This document shows, piece by piece, positions 37,406-49,535 of a DNA stretch of 64,000 bases. The notes below the pieces were generated by a model that ran no database searches, was not told where the DNA came from, and saw only the letters and a list, made by a program, of their open reading frames with translations. Location of the stretch: positions 2,170,001 to 2,234,000 of the forward strand of contig CM007989.1 of the NCBI GenBank assembly GCA_002189035.1, read 5' to 3'. The stretch comes from Utricularia gibba. Taxonomy: Eukaryota > Plantae > Magnoliophyta. Position 1 is the stretch's first letter. Each line of letters begins with the position of its first letter. The position numbers were made by a program, and so were the translations under genes.

Positions 37406-37502
37406 CAGAAAAAAGGCTTTCTGAAGTGACAAGGGAGCAGAAAAAAAGGCTTTCTGAAGTGACAAGGGAGCAGAAAACAAGGCTTTCTGAAGTAACAAGG
37501 GG
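37406..37502. repeat. 33-bp minisatellite, about 3 copies, just downstream of the CAD stop codon
   Basis: cagaaaaaa(a)ggctttctgaagtgacaagggag three times with 2-3 substitutions. Confidence 0.92.
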
Positions 37503-37531
37503 GTAATGAACGATGATCATCGCCATCTGTG

Positions 37532-38933
37532 TCAATATGACTGGAGTTTGCTGCCAGCAACGTCGATAACGAACCTGTACCTAACGTCATTCTTCTCCAA
37601 TCTCTCCATTGCAGTATTCACGTAATCCATCTTCACTGTTTCAATGGTGGAAATGATCCCTTTCTCATTGCAGAAATCAAGCGCTTCCTGCGTCTCCTTC
37701 ATGCTCCCGATGAAGCTCCCTGTTATGCTCCTCCTCCCTGCACCCAAATTCACCATTACCCACATCAGGGAAACCTCGATTTTGGTAGTTTTCTACGAGG
37801 AAATCGAACCCAACTCACCGAGCATCACCAACGGAGAAATAAACTCCAATGGCCTGTTGATGACGCCCATCAGAATCAATTTCCCGTCCACCTTCAGCAA
37901 TGTGAGGTACGGGATCAGGGGATGATGAACTGGGATTGTGTCGATTATGTAATCGAAGGACTCGGCGAGCCCCTCCAGTTTTCCGGCATCCGAGCTAAGG
38001 ATGTAATCATCGGCACCCAAGTGATCCAATGCTTCTTCTCTCTTCTTGTCGGATGAGCTGATAACCGTCACATGGTGGCCCAGGGCCTTCGCGATCTTGA
38101 CACCCATGTGCCCAACACCTCCGAGGCCAAGGATGGCGCCTCTCAGGCCACTTCCGGTGAGGTTGAAGTGGTTCAAGGGGCTGTAAACAGTTACCCCTGC
38201 ACAGAGTATAGGTGCTGCTTGCTCTGGATCCATCCCTTCTGGGATCTTCACCACGAATCTGGTTAAATAGGAAGTCTTTGTTGGCTTGAAGATCACAACG
38301 GAAAAAGAAACAGACAGAGCTCAGAGGAGAAATTTGCTTACTTCTGATTAACAACCATGGCATCGGCGAATCCCCCATAGTAGGCTTCCATCGGAGTAAA
38401 CATCGTTGTAGGACCAGATCTTCTTGCTGCAGTATTGCTCAATCTCCGCCTTGCAAGGATGGCAGTTGTTGCAGCTTCCGACGATGCAGCCGACTCCGAC
38501 GACATCTCTGGCCTTGAAACCGGTGACCTTCGATCCAACTTCGATCACCTCTCCGACCACCTCATGCCTATGAATCACATCAACCACACCTCTCAGCCCG
38601 GTTATCATATCAGAACATCAATCCAAGATTAAACAATTACCCGGGAACCATGGGGTAATTAGACATGCCGAGATCGTTCTTAAGCTGGTGAATATCAGTG
38701 TGACAGATCCCACAGCAAATCACCTTCAGATAAACGTCTTCATCCCAGTATGCCTGTCAATCGACACCACAAACAAGAAAAAGGAATGATCCACCTCGAT
38801 CAAAACAAAAAAAAAAAACAGAGAATCCACAGAAGTTGCCTCACCTTAGATCGTACGTGAACGGAGACAGGACACCAGAAGAGTCCCTGGCAGCCCAGCC
38901 CACGGCCTTCCTCTCCGTTTCCAAACTCCCCAT
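37532..38933 (-). CDS. CAD: Cinnamyl alcohol dehydrogenase (CAD4/CAD5 lignification class) with three apparent -1 frameshifts
   Basis: [73 protein letters not shown]. Single-base deficits at 38744-38746, 38386-38389 and 38372-38376. Confidence 0.88.
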
Positions 38934-39025
38934 TTGCTGCAGAAGAATATTTTTTGTCACAGAAGCGCAGCTGCAGTGGCCGAGAGAAAATGGCGTCTCG
39001 CTGAGGAAAGTTCGGAATGGCTGAA

Positions 39026-39133
39026 TATATATACAAGAAACGCAGGAACGGAGAAAGCGGCCTCCAGACAAGCATATCCAATCAGGATGAAATCAAGCCC
39101 GCCGGTGGTTAGCTGGGCCCTACAGGGGTTGGT
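39026..39133 (-). promoter_or_regulatory. CAD proximal promoter: TATA box and AC-II element
   Basis: TATATATA at 39026-39033 and ACCAACC (plus strand ggttggt, 39127-39133) in CAD sense. AC elements are established MYB sites in lignin genes. Confidence 0.55.
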
Positions 39134-40074
39134 GAAGTGGGTCTCACGCGACGCACATTAGGTAAGAATTGCGAGTGGGGAAAGGAAAAAAAAACATGAA
39201 CTTTGTGGCGGAAATAAAATAGTTTAAAATAGAAATCCAAACATGCTTAAAAGTACGCGCAGAAAAACTTGTAATAATATAACATGTACCTCGAAACAGT
39301 AACTGACTTCATGTCTAAACGCATAAAACATGTCCAAATTCAATCAATTATTACAAAAGGACATACATTTATTTTATTGCCTTTATTCACAAGAAAAAAA
39401 ACTATAAACAAATAAATAATATTAATATTAATAAATCCTCGATTTTATATATTTACATTTTATATTTTAATTTTTTTCGGTCCCCCGAAAATAGATTATT
39501 ACATTGGTGGATGATGGCGACCGAATTCGGTGGTTTCAACCAAATGCGCGACTTCTCTTCTTATTATTATTATTATTATTTTCACTATAGATGTGAATTG
39601 CCAACCTCCACTTGACTTTTTCGGTCACAAATTGTTAGATTTTTTTTTAATCCTATATCATATAAAAGTATTTTTTTTCCCTCAATATAATGTGGAGAGT
39701 CAGTCATTAGCACAGAGTACAAGACATCGATAGATACCTAGAAATTCAAACAAATCATTGACGCTCAACAGGTCAACTTGGACATCTAGAATACTTTACA
39801 AATACTGCGATTATATCCTTCTATCATATATATTAAAATAAAAAATTAATATCGAAATTAATCAATTTGTTAACACACATATTATAGGATAATAAGATTT
39901 GTAAATCATTATAAAAAACTATTTCCCTGCGTAATTATATTTAAGCAAACAAGTTTTGGTTTTATTTTTAAATATAAAATTCATATATTAAACATACTTT
40001 CAACTTTATTACTTTCTATATATTTATACAATACGAATCATTCAAGGGTAACATTATTGATTAAATTACCCTTA

Positions 40075-40269
40075 GACCTTGTTTGATATGAAAGTATAAG
40101 ATTGGTTTATAATGAATTTAATAAAATTCTATTATTTAGTAGTAGTTATATATGAGTATAGTTACATGTAAGGGGAGATATGAGTATTTTTATATCTGTA
40201 TGTTTGAGTTTGTCTAATCCCAAATAATTTAAACCCATGAAAATCTAAATTAACTAACCAAACGTATTC
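40075..40269. mobile_element. Tourist-like MITE, copy A (195 bp)
   Basis: TTA|GACCTTGTTTG ... CAAACGTATTC|TTA; the interior aligns by eye with 41784-42023. Confidence 0.68.
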
Positions 40270-41783
40270 TTAAGATTTTATAACAACGAGTGTGTGTGGG
40301 CTTCTCTAATTATGTTTGCTCAAAGTCATATAAGGTCATGACATGGCCTAAAACTTTGGGCCTAATATTTAGAGGCCCATGACCTGCAAACTCGTTTATT
40401 TTTACTATGTCGAAATCAGGATCGATCAGAAGTTCAAAGATCTCGATTGAAAATATAAGATCAAGAAGAAGCGCTAAAAAATATAGTAGTGCAGCTGAAC
40501 GCATGTCTGGTGGCGGGCGAGAATGCTATTTGGTGACGATTATGAGTGATGCGTCTTGGTTTGGAATTTGGATGTTGTTTGTTATGAGTGACGCATCTTG
40601 GGTTCCATTTATGGGAGGGTTTCATTTGGTGGGCTCGCTGCTGAAGCGAACTGTGTGTGATGTAGAGAAGCCCGCCCAATGCGCAAGACGACATAGGAAG
40701 ACGTCAGGGTCGGTTTGCTCTCGTTTTCAATTGACGAATGTACTGGAAGGATTTACAAATATTGGGTCGTTTTCTAGTGCATGTTTTAGTTATTAATCCT
40801 GTAAAAAAACGTCTGATCTTCAGTGTCCCACAGAGAGGGAGTGCACATCACTGTGTCTTCATAGCATGACAGCAATGCACATCAGTCTTCCCCGTTGAGC
40901 CACTGAGGGGGCGTCTGCTGTCCCCCTATTTTCTCATCGGAAAATGATGAGTGGGAGCAGTCTCCCCACTCTACTAGAATCTTCTACCTACTCCGCATCG
41001 AAGAAGATGGGATGCCACTGGGTGAGCTGAGTAATGGGGAACAGGGCTGATGATTCTGCTTGCCAGTTTCATATCTTTCTTGTGGTTTCGCCCACACCGT
41101 CCAAAACGTCGTAATTGACAGACGCCGGTTGCTGCCTTCCACGCAACCTCCAGCATACGTCGACTCGTACCCCAGATGTCTTCCAGAGTGGGCAGGGGAT
41201 GTCCCCCTTTTCCGACTAACAACACGACTCGGAATATTCAAAGATCCACTTCAAAAGATTCCTCTCGTGATAATCTTTGTTTAGCCTCCCTCCCATGTGT
41301 TCAACTCAATGACTTGGCCGAAATCTGTTCACAAAAGGAGCGACTGCGAAAATAAGCAACCCACCGCATTCGGGGTCCATGGGTTTGTCCAAAACCTATT
41401 TGCAAAATATATGTAGTTTTCAAATTCAAAATATATAATGATTTTTTTATATAATTATAGTATATGAAAATATATGTAATCTTTAATTTAATATTACATG
41501 AAATATTAAAAATGAGTGATTTAAATATAAAAGAGTATTAAAAAATAAATTAATTTATAAATTGTTATAAGTCTAAAGGTTTTACTTATTTTTCAGAAGA
41601 TCAATATTCATTTTTAGTCAATTGATTGAAAATATTTTCAAATTTCATTAAAATATTAATTTATAAAATTATTTTGATTTGTAAAATATATTTATTTATC
41701 TAAAAAAGTTATAATATTACAAGTAAATCTTTACAAAAAAAAATAATATCTTGTTTCTTTACATGAGTACGTCGAAACAATCA

Positions 41784-42023
41784 TGTCTTGTTTGATATGA
41801 AAGTATAACATTGTTTTATGATGGGTTTAATAAAATTATGTTGTTTAATATGTAGATATAATGATATGGGTATAATTATTAGTATATCTATATAATATCC
41901 TCATATATATGTATATATATATCCAAGAAGGATATGAATATTTTTATACCCACATATTTGGGTTTAAATAAATCCAAATAATTTAAACTCATGAAAATCT
42001 AAATCAATCAATCAAACAATGCC
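41784..42023. mobile_element. Tourist-like MITE, copy B (240 bp), same family and orientation as copy A
   Basis: TCA|TGTCTTGTTTG ... CAAACAATGCC|TTA. Shares gtttgatatgaaagtataa, ttaataaaatt and caaataatttaaac.catgaaaatctaaat with copy A. Confidence 0.68.
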
Positions 42024-43017
42024 TTATAGTATAATAATCATCAAAATAAATATTTTTTTATCTATTATATATGAATATAAAATTAATATTAATATACGAA
42101 ATTTCATTAAAAATATTAATATTAATTTATAAAACTATTTTAATTTGTATTTTACAAATAATTAGCAAATATCTTATATTTTACAAACTATTTGATAAAA
42201 ATACAGCGTTCACTCCACCACGTTCATCTCCGGTTATTACAGTAATTATTGAAGATAACTGTACGGCGCAGCTTGGACAGTTGACCTCACCGCAGCCCAG
42301 ATGAACTCCGAAATTCGTTGGCCAGTTTTGTAAAAGACCCCTCCCAAATTCATTGGTGGCAGAATAATGACGTGGGCAGTGGCCTGTGTGGGGGCTGCCG
42401 CCACTTATTTGGTGGTTGAAGGAAACCTTGGTGTTTGGTGGAATTTGCGTAGGTGGGAAATACAACGTGACCCGATCTCAACCACTCGAACCCCTTGTGC
42501 AACCGGATCCACAAGTGAACCCATCCCAGGTTTAGTCCCTTGCCCAAATATGCAACAAAATGGAATATTCACCTGGCAAATCACTCTACAAGATGCCTTC
42601 CAATTGAATTCCTCCTCCGACTACACAAAAGGCACATTAAACATGTCTCATGTCCTCCTGTTAGAATTAGATTTTTTGCCACCGTATTTTAATCGTGTTA
42701 GAATGTTGACCATGTTTTATTGTGTGAGATAAAAAGTTAATATGACCATTTTTGTAAAAGACTTACATGACGGAGAAGAGAAGACCAATATGGTTAAAGA
42801 AGGTCATGCTTGTAATTTGATAATAATAACAAATTTTTTTTTTTTTTTTTTTTGTTACAAGATGCAACTAGTAAGTAATTAACCACAGCGGGTAGAATTT
42901 ACGAACGGTCAGATTGAACACGGCGTTTGCTTCCTCCTCTATATATACACGTATGGGGGCACTTCTGGGTTCGAACGGCAACTAGTGTCGATGCAATTGA
43001 AGCAGGAGGTTGCTAAA

Positions 43018-44484
43018 ATGGGGGAGATTGGAGAGGACGTAGTGGCGGTGGAGAACGAGGATGGGATCCAAAACGTACACGTTTTCATGGTGTCGTTTCC
43101 CGGGCAGGGACACGTCAATCCTCTCCTCCGATTGGGTAAACGTCTCGCCGACTTCGGGTTACTCGTCACTCTGTGTACGCCGGAGTTCGCTGGCCTCAGC
43201 ATCAAAAAAGCCAACAATATTAGCAACGGGGAGGAGACGGCCATGGGGAAAGGAAGGATCCGGTTTGAGTTCTTTGACGACGGTTGGGATTTCATGAACC
43301 CGAACAGGGACCAGTTGGACGCGTATCTTAATCAGCTGGAGCGCGTCGGCAGGGAGAAGCTACCGGAGATGATTGCGACCCAGAGAGAAATGGGTCGGCC
43401 CGTTTCTTTTCTGATCAACAACCCGTTTATTCCCTGGGTCTCGGATGTTGCAGAGGAGCTCGGAATTCCCAGTGCGATGCTATGGGTTCAGTCCTGCTCT
43501 TGCTTCTCTGCTTACTATCACTATCACAATAAGCTTGTGAAGTTTCCCACAGACGAGGATCCGGAAATCGATGTGCAGCTTCCATGTCTGCCATTGCTGA
43601 AGAGCGATGAAATCCCTAGCTTCTTGCATCCGCAGAGTCCTTATCCCTTCCTGGCCAGGGCGATTTTAGGGCAGTTCAAGAATTTGGAGAAACCGTTCTG
43701 TGTTTTAATGGATACTTTTCACGAGCTGGAGCCTGAGATCGTGGATTACATGTCCAAAATAGGTCGCCCAATTAAGACAATTGGTCCCCTGTTCAAGGAA
43801 ATGAAAACGGATCTGAAATCGAAATCGCTTAAAGCTGATTTCTTTACGGCGGAGGAGTGTCTAGGTTGGCTGGGGACGAAGCCGGCAAGATCGGTAGTCT
43901 ACATCTCATTCGGGAGCATTGTGCAGGTGGAGCAGGAGCAAATCGACGAATTAGCTCACGGGCTTTTAGAGGCTGGAGTTTCGTTCCTCTGGGTGCTCAG
44001 GCTCCCGGCGAAGGAATCCACCGCGGCGCCGTACGTTTTACCGAATGGGTTTGTGGAGAAAGCCGGGGAAAAGGGGAAAATCGTGCAGTGGAGCCCACAG
44101 ACAGAGGTGCTCGCGCACCCCTCCACCGCTTGCTTCGTCACCCACTGCGGATGGAACTCGACGATGGAGGCGCTGACGTGCGGTGTTCCGGTGGTGACGT
44201 TTCCACGGTGGGGGGACCAAGTCACCGATGCAAAGTTTCTGGTTGATATTTTTAAGGTGGGTTTGCGACTGTCGAGGGGAGAAGCGGAGGGGAGGATCAT
44301 TCCCCGTGAAGAGATAGCCAAGTGCCTCACGGCGGCAACTTTCGGCCCGAAGGCGGCGGAGCTGCAGAAGAACGCAGAAAAGTGGCGAGAAGCGGCGGAG
44401 GCGGCGGTGGCGGAAGGCGGCTCCTCGTTCAACAATATGGTGCATTTCGTCCAGGAGATCGTTCGCCTTCGCGATGACCATTAA
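43018..44484 (+). CDS. UGT84A: UDP-glycosyltransferase UGT84A-type (group L, glucose-ester forming); single exon
   Basis: HVFMVSFPGQGHVNPLLRLGK, INNPFIPWVSDVA, PSPG box WSPQTEVLAHPSTACFVTHCGWNSTMEALTCGVPVVTFPRWGDQ. An alternative upstream ATG is at 42991 and a TATA box near 42940. Confidence 0.9.
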   Translation: MGEIGEDVVAVENEDGIQNVHVFMVSFPGQGHVNPLLRLGKRLADFGLLVTLCTPEFAGLSIKKANNISNGEETAMGKGRIRFEFFDDGWDFMNPNRDQLDAYLNQLERVGREKLPEMIATQREMGRPVSFLINNPFIPWVSDVAEELGIPSAMLWVQSCSCFSAYYHYHNKLVKFPTDEDPEIDVQLPCLPLLKSDEIPSFLHPQSPYPFLARAILGQFKNLEKPFCVLMDTFHELEPEIVDYMSKIGRPIKTIGPLFKEMKTDLKSKSLKADFFTAEECLGWLGTKPARSVVYISFGSIVQVEQEQIDELAHGLLEAGVSFLWVLRLPAKESTAAPYVLPNGFVEKAGEKGKIVQWSPQTEVLAHPSTACFVTHCGWNSTMEALTCGVPVVTFPRWGDQVTDAKFLVDIFKVGLRLSRGEAEGRIIPREEIAKCLTAATFGPKAAELQKNAEKWREAAEAAVAEGGSSFNNMVHFVQEIVRLRDDH

Positions 44485-45699
44485 TTGCATTTATCTGTAT
44501 TATTATTTATGGAAAAAATATCGTTTTGCATTAAATTTTCAAATTTCCTGTAATATTGAGATCATTCCCACCTCCCGTCACCCATATTCATTATTCATAT
44601 TTACTAAAATTGTGCGACACTCAAAATTATACTTTTGTAAGGACCACATTTTTTAATAAATAATTTATAAACGCTAATTTTATGAATATGAAATAGATAA
44701 AAAAATATTATAACTAATGATTCAGCATTTAATTAGAATAGCAAATGAGTGACCTGTTTTTTTAATTAGAATTATTTTTTTAGATTTTTATAAATAGATT
44801 CAATTTTCATATTGTAAAATTGTTTAATTAATATATATTATATATTATAGATTTTAATATATTTCAAAATATATTAAATATTAATAATATAATTTTCTAA
44901 TTAATTTCTTATTTAATTATTTAAATATAAATTCAATAAATTTAATAATTTTTTAAATTAATCATATAATCTAAATTTTTAATTTATCACACAATAGGAT
45001 AAAATTGAAATCTACAAAAATTCAACGGAATCAGTTCAAACAATTTGGTTTACGGAAGAATTCCGAGATATCACGTAATCGGACAAAAAATACATAAATT
45101 CCTCCCACTTCATGCATGACGTATCCTCATAATTTGGCATTGTCAACGTCTATGGGCGGTAGCTATCCACATTGAGATTGTGAACAATTTCGATATTATT
45201 TAACAAAAAAACAGCATCCAATTAAATTAATTATTTTGTTCACAACTTTTTGAAAATATAAAACTGGGGGTGGCAGTGGACGCTGCGACGCAGTGCAATT
45301 TAATTATCATGGGTAGTAATGCAGAGCACCCATTCCTCCCGCGTCACCACCTAAACCCTCATAAGTGTTATTTATGGAAGAGAAGAAGCAACCCACCAGC
45401 CCACCAGGCATTCATTGCCTACTGATTTGGTTCCATTCCACTTGTGCATGATTATTATTTAAAAATATATATATTTGAAGTATATTGACAATATTTATAT
45501 TCTTTTAAAATTAAAAAGAATAATATTGAATTACATATTTCATTAATATGCGTTTTAACATTAAAAAAAGCATTCCTGTCATGTCCAATCAAATTTTATG
45601 TCAGGATTTGGGTCTTATATGCGCTGTTACTGGTGTTGGCGGGTTTTCACCATTTACGTATGAGTGGTGGAGAAGGTGGGGAGTAAATGGAGAAGGGCC

Positions 45700-46661
45700 C
45701 GTACGGATCATTCAAGGGTTAATTCAAGATTGTTCCGACGACCAGCGACAGTGGCAAAGGATCAAGAAGCTACTGTGTTTTGACAGTAGACAAGTGAAGG
45801 ATCTTGCCCAATTGTATGTATAGGTGTGTTGGGCTGGGGAGTTGAAGCCATGGCGGGATGCGATTTCTTTCCAGTACTTGTGTTTCGAACTGTAAACTTG
45901 AGCCTGGAATGCGAACACGGAATCTCGGATCGGTATTTTTCGTTTCACGGCTTACGATGAGCTTATACTCTCTGGGGTGGACTCTCCTAAGCCAAACCTG
46001 ACAAAAAGCAACGATGAATTGAGGGCCCCCGGAGGCGCATGCTTTTGGAAAAATGAAGCTGGCTCATCCGCCGGTCGTCTGCCGGAGTTTACTGAGCAAG
46101 CCATGATCAGTTCTGGTTTTAGCCTGTTAAAGGCGCCTGTCTTTTTAAGCCATTGTCATCAAATCGTTTTTTGTTTTTTCTCTTTGCAATTGAGCTTCTT
46201 CTGCTTGTCGGTGCAAATGCCTGCTTCCATTTGCATCACGCAAAGATCAGAACAAACAATGGGTCGCAGTACCTATTGTGCAATAAAAATCGATTAACCA
46301 GTGATCAACAACGCACCAGCATTTGATCCTACATTATGAAAGATACAAGCAGTAGTGATCAATCCAACGACGCCGTTGCAACAGTTGACGCTACGAAACT
46401 TCCCGAGATTGACAGCCAGGACCCTGAAGTCATCTTCGTCTCCAGGGAGACCATGTATGCAGATAAAAACACTCGATGGAACCAACAAGTCGTGGTTTAG
46501 ACACAGGCACCCTCTTACAACGATTTTTCTTTTTTTTTTTTTTTTTTTGGGGCCCTGAGATGGGTATTGATGAAGGAATCAGTCTCGCAAGAACATCCAT
46601 GATTGGGAAACACACTTGCAATTTGAACAGTCAGGACACTTGCAATTATTTCCTGTTCCAT
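45700..46661 (-). pseudogene. Decayed F-box/F-box-associated (FBA) protein gene
   Basis: Ordered motif remnants in shifting frames: EQEIIASVL, CKCVSQSW, DSFINTHL (F-box); CCNGVVGL; FGLGE..EYKLIV; QAQVYSSKHKYWKEI; YNWA. There are several in-frame stops and a long T run near 46530. Confidence 0.55.
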
Positions 46662-47024
46662 TCTTGGTAGAAGAGTAGAAGGTGACTGAGTTACTACTCC
46701 TGCCCTTCCTCATAGAATTGTGGAAGCACGAAGACTCCATCACCTGCGGTTTAGGGTGGAGTTACGTTTTGCGTGATTTGCATCTGGAGCACAGAAGCTT
46801 CTTCAGATTTGGTTTCTGGAACCGAAATTTTAGCAAATTGCTAAATATAGAATTGGAGATATGTAATAATTTAGTAAGGTCTATTTATAGAATTATATTT
46901 GAATTATAAATCATTTAAAAACTGCAATTAAAAGATAAAATTTAGAATGAAAGGGTGAAAATGTAGCGGTGCAAAACCCCGCAAAAGGAAAAACAAGAAA
47001 CAAAAGGCTTGGCCAACTATGACA

Positions 47025-47959
47025 TCACCCAACGGACGATGACGACCAGAAATCAGCGCCATTGGGCTCCGCCGCCACCCGCCGCCCAATCTCCACCGGA
47101 ACTAGACAAAGCCCGCTGTTCCTCAGATCTTCCTCCTGATTCCCTACAGTTTCCTACACTCACCAGGTAAACAAGAAACTGAATACTTGCAACTGGAAAG
47201 AAGTCAAGTTTGGCTTCTTTTTAATGTAAGATTTGCTCTTACATCTCGCTTTGGGATGCGTTGGAGGTACGGAGAACACAGAACCTGAACCTGATCTTGC
47301 AGGAACTTAATGTACCCTGAGGCTTCATGAAGCACTGAAGCCGCATCCGTCTGTACCGTGAAAAATAACACAAGAAGTATGTTAAACACGAAATTGCCCT
47401 AATGCTCCATGATTATTCAAACTACGTATTAAGAAGCTTGCCTTTCCAAAGGGCGAAACCAGCTGCTGAAGCACATTGATCCTTTCTCCTAGCCTCTCCT
47501 TCCTCCCCACCTGAACTCGTTTAAACTCCAAAATGTAAGCAAATATTATTATTCGAGGAGGCTGGTAATGGCTTCACCTTTGCATGTTGATTCACAGATG
47601 ACTTGGATTTCTTCGCCGCCATCTTCTTTCCCGTTTGCAATCCGACCCGGAACTTTTCTTCCCCTGCATGGCAACAAACGACAGCACTGTAGAAAAAGCA
47701 CAGAGGATTCGGAATCTTTCTGTTTTATTTTTCTCTCTGGCAACAAATTACAACTAACTGGGGCGGTCTTGGAATCCAGGGTGCTATTGAGAAGTGGATT
47801 TTCTGGGTCAGGTTTGCTCTGAGAACCTCCAAAACGGAGCATTTTGAAGTCATGTGATGATGAAGAAGAGGAAACAAAACACAGATTGTATTCGTATTCG
47901 TATTCACCGAGGAGCTGCGAGTAGCACCCGGGGGATTGGAATCCGCCATTGTTGGCCAT
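47025..47959 (-). CDS. bHLH transcription factor, subfamily X (bHLH113-like)
   Basis: RKERLGERINVLQQLVSPFGK|TDAASVLHEASGYIKFLQDQVQVLCSPYL and C-terminal DLRNSGLCLVPV...NGADFW. The boundaries of exon 2 and the last exon are uncertain. Confidence 0.85.
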
Positions 47960-48529
47960 TCTCTGCTATATTTCTCAGAAGAGACTGAGGAAGAAGAAGC
48001 AGAGGTCCGAGGGGAAGGGAAAGCTGCTAGTATAGGGAATATGGAGAGGCTCTCTGTCTCAGGATATCGGTATTATCGCTTCATTGTATTGACTCATTTC
48101 GAGAAACATGACATGGGGAAGACAAAGGGACATCAGGGGAGAAGAGCTTCGAAATAGTCGCCCGCCCCTTGCTCCCAAAAGGACCAGGTCACCATAGTTG
48201 AGGACGTGGCGGAACAAGATGTATCACTTAGCCACCAATTGCCATATTTCAATGACATTGAGATTCCCATTTCAAACCCCCAGAACCTCATTTCTGTCTA
48301 CGTTACCCTCTTGGACACTTAATCATCACCCATTTTGTCTCGTTTCCCAATCGTCTGTTGGATTCGCGTTCGCTTCCGTTCTCACAGATTGTGTATGCGG
48401 TATTTGCATACAGGAACTCGTGACCACATTCTTGAACATTTTATTGAACATTTGATTCTGAAATCCTGGTCCAGATTGTGGAAATGTCGGTGGGGAAATA
48501 AATCAAACACCTTGTACGCATGTCAACTG

Positions 48530-48881
48530 TCAGGCCAAGCAGATCTCCTTCAGCTTACACGCCGCGGAACCATCCACCGAATACTGCAACCCATTTGCAG
48601 GACATCAGAGAATGAGCAACACGCGAGGAAATCTCAATCTGCCTGGTAAAGAAAGGGCCGGGCTGATGAGGAACTATGAATGTTACCTTGCCGAGAACCC
48701 AGAGAGAATGGTTGTAGGTTCGCTTGAGGAGCTCGTCTACGGCGGCTCGGTCATCGGGGTCTACGTCTCTGTAGTTAACGAAGTTCTCGCGAGCATATTT
48801 GGCGTAATAGGCTCTTGTATCCGCCGGCAAGCGGCGGACAAGCCTCAGCACCTCGCCGTACGCTCTTAAAGCCTTCTGCAT
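48530..48881 (-). CDS. Complex 1 LYR-motif family protein (LYRM9-like); exons 48881-48687 and 48583-48530
   Basis: MQKALRAYGEVLRLVRRLP...YYAKYARENF...HSLWVLGK|YSVDGSAACKLKEICLA*. Confidence 0.88.
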
Positions 48882-49140
48882 TTTCTCTCGAAAATCCTAA
48901 ATTCAAAATTAATATCGCGAGAATTTCCCAGCCGGAGACGATTCTCCGATCCCTCTGAAGATTCCAGATCGGTGAAGAAGGCTTGAAACTTCGTGTTATT
49001 ACTGGAAATCAAATTTGAGGGATGAAATTTGGGCCTTATTACTGGGGCAGAGGCCCATTACCCATTTGGGGAGAAAAAAAAAACGTTAACCCCCTTGGGG
49101 AAAACCCTACTTGGCGATAGCGAGCAAAACCTCTGCAACA
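48882..49140. promoter_or_regulatory. Bidirectional promoter with site II elements and a telo-box
   Basis: TGGGCC at 49030-49035, GGCCCA at 49052-49057, AAACCCTA at 49102-49109, in the 259 bp between two divergent start codons. Confidence 0.6.
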
Positions 49141-49535
49141 ATGGCTTGGCGCGGTTCCTTTTCTAGATCGCTGATTTCATCAGCTAGGGTTGCTGGATTA
49201 CGTTCGTCGACGGCGCATTCAATCCCTGGTTTCCGGCGTCCGCCTCCAATTCCTCGTCGTAATCGGCATGGCATTCCTTTCACTAATTCCAGGTCTGGAT
49301 ATTGAATCCTGCTAAAACCATGTACTTGTTACTCTATTCGGGATCCTGTCAGGCTGTAACTCTCTGAGTTTCGTTTCAACATTTGAAATTCAGAATATTT
49401 GCGGAACTTGGAGGCCTATACTCAGTAATGCCAATGGTCGTCGGAGGGCAGTTGGCTTCTCACCTGACACACGATGTTCGAGCTTTCTGCGAGCTGTCCC
49501 ATGGTACCTTTCGCCGTTCTTGTCAGGATCGCTAG
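49141..49535 (+). CDS. Small mitochondrial protein, NOXY2/NFD6-like family; exons 49141-49292 and 49394-49535
   Basis: Arg/Ser-rich presequence MAWRGSFSRSLISSAR, then ELGGLYSVMP...LASHLTHDVRAFCELSHGT. An alternative last exon lies at 50040-50047. Confidence 0.8.

Noticed and set aside
37406-37502. CRISPR-like array
   Set aside because: The units are contiguous near-identical repeats with no unique spacers, there are no cas genes, and the context is eukaryotic.
43857-44490. Long alternative-frame and antisense ORFs over UGT84A (similar ones over the LRR, GH3 and CAD genes)
   Set aside because: These are shadow ORFs expected from GC-rich codon usage.
46600-46750. Minus-strand 53-aa ORF with CKCPDCSNCKC, metallothionein-like
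   Set aside because: The Cys pattern comes from a 12-bp direct repeat and an F-box CKCVSQSW remnant; it has too few cysteines for a metallothionein.
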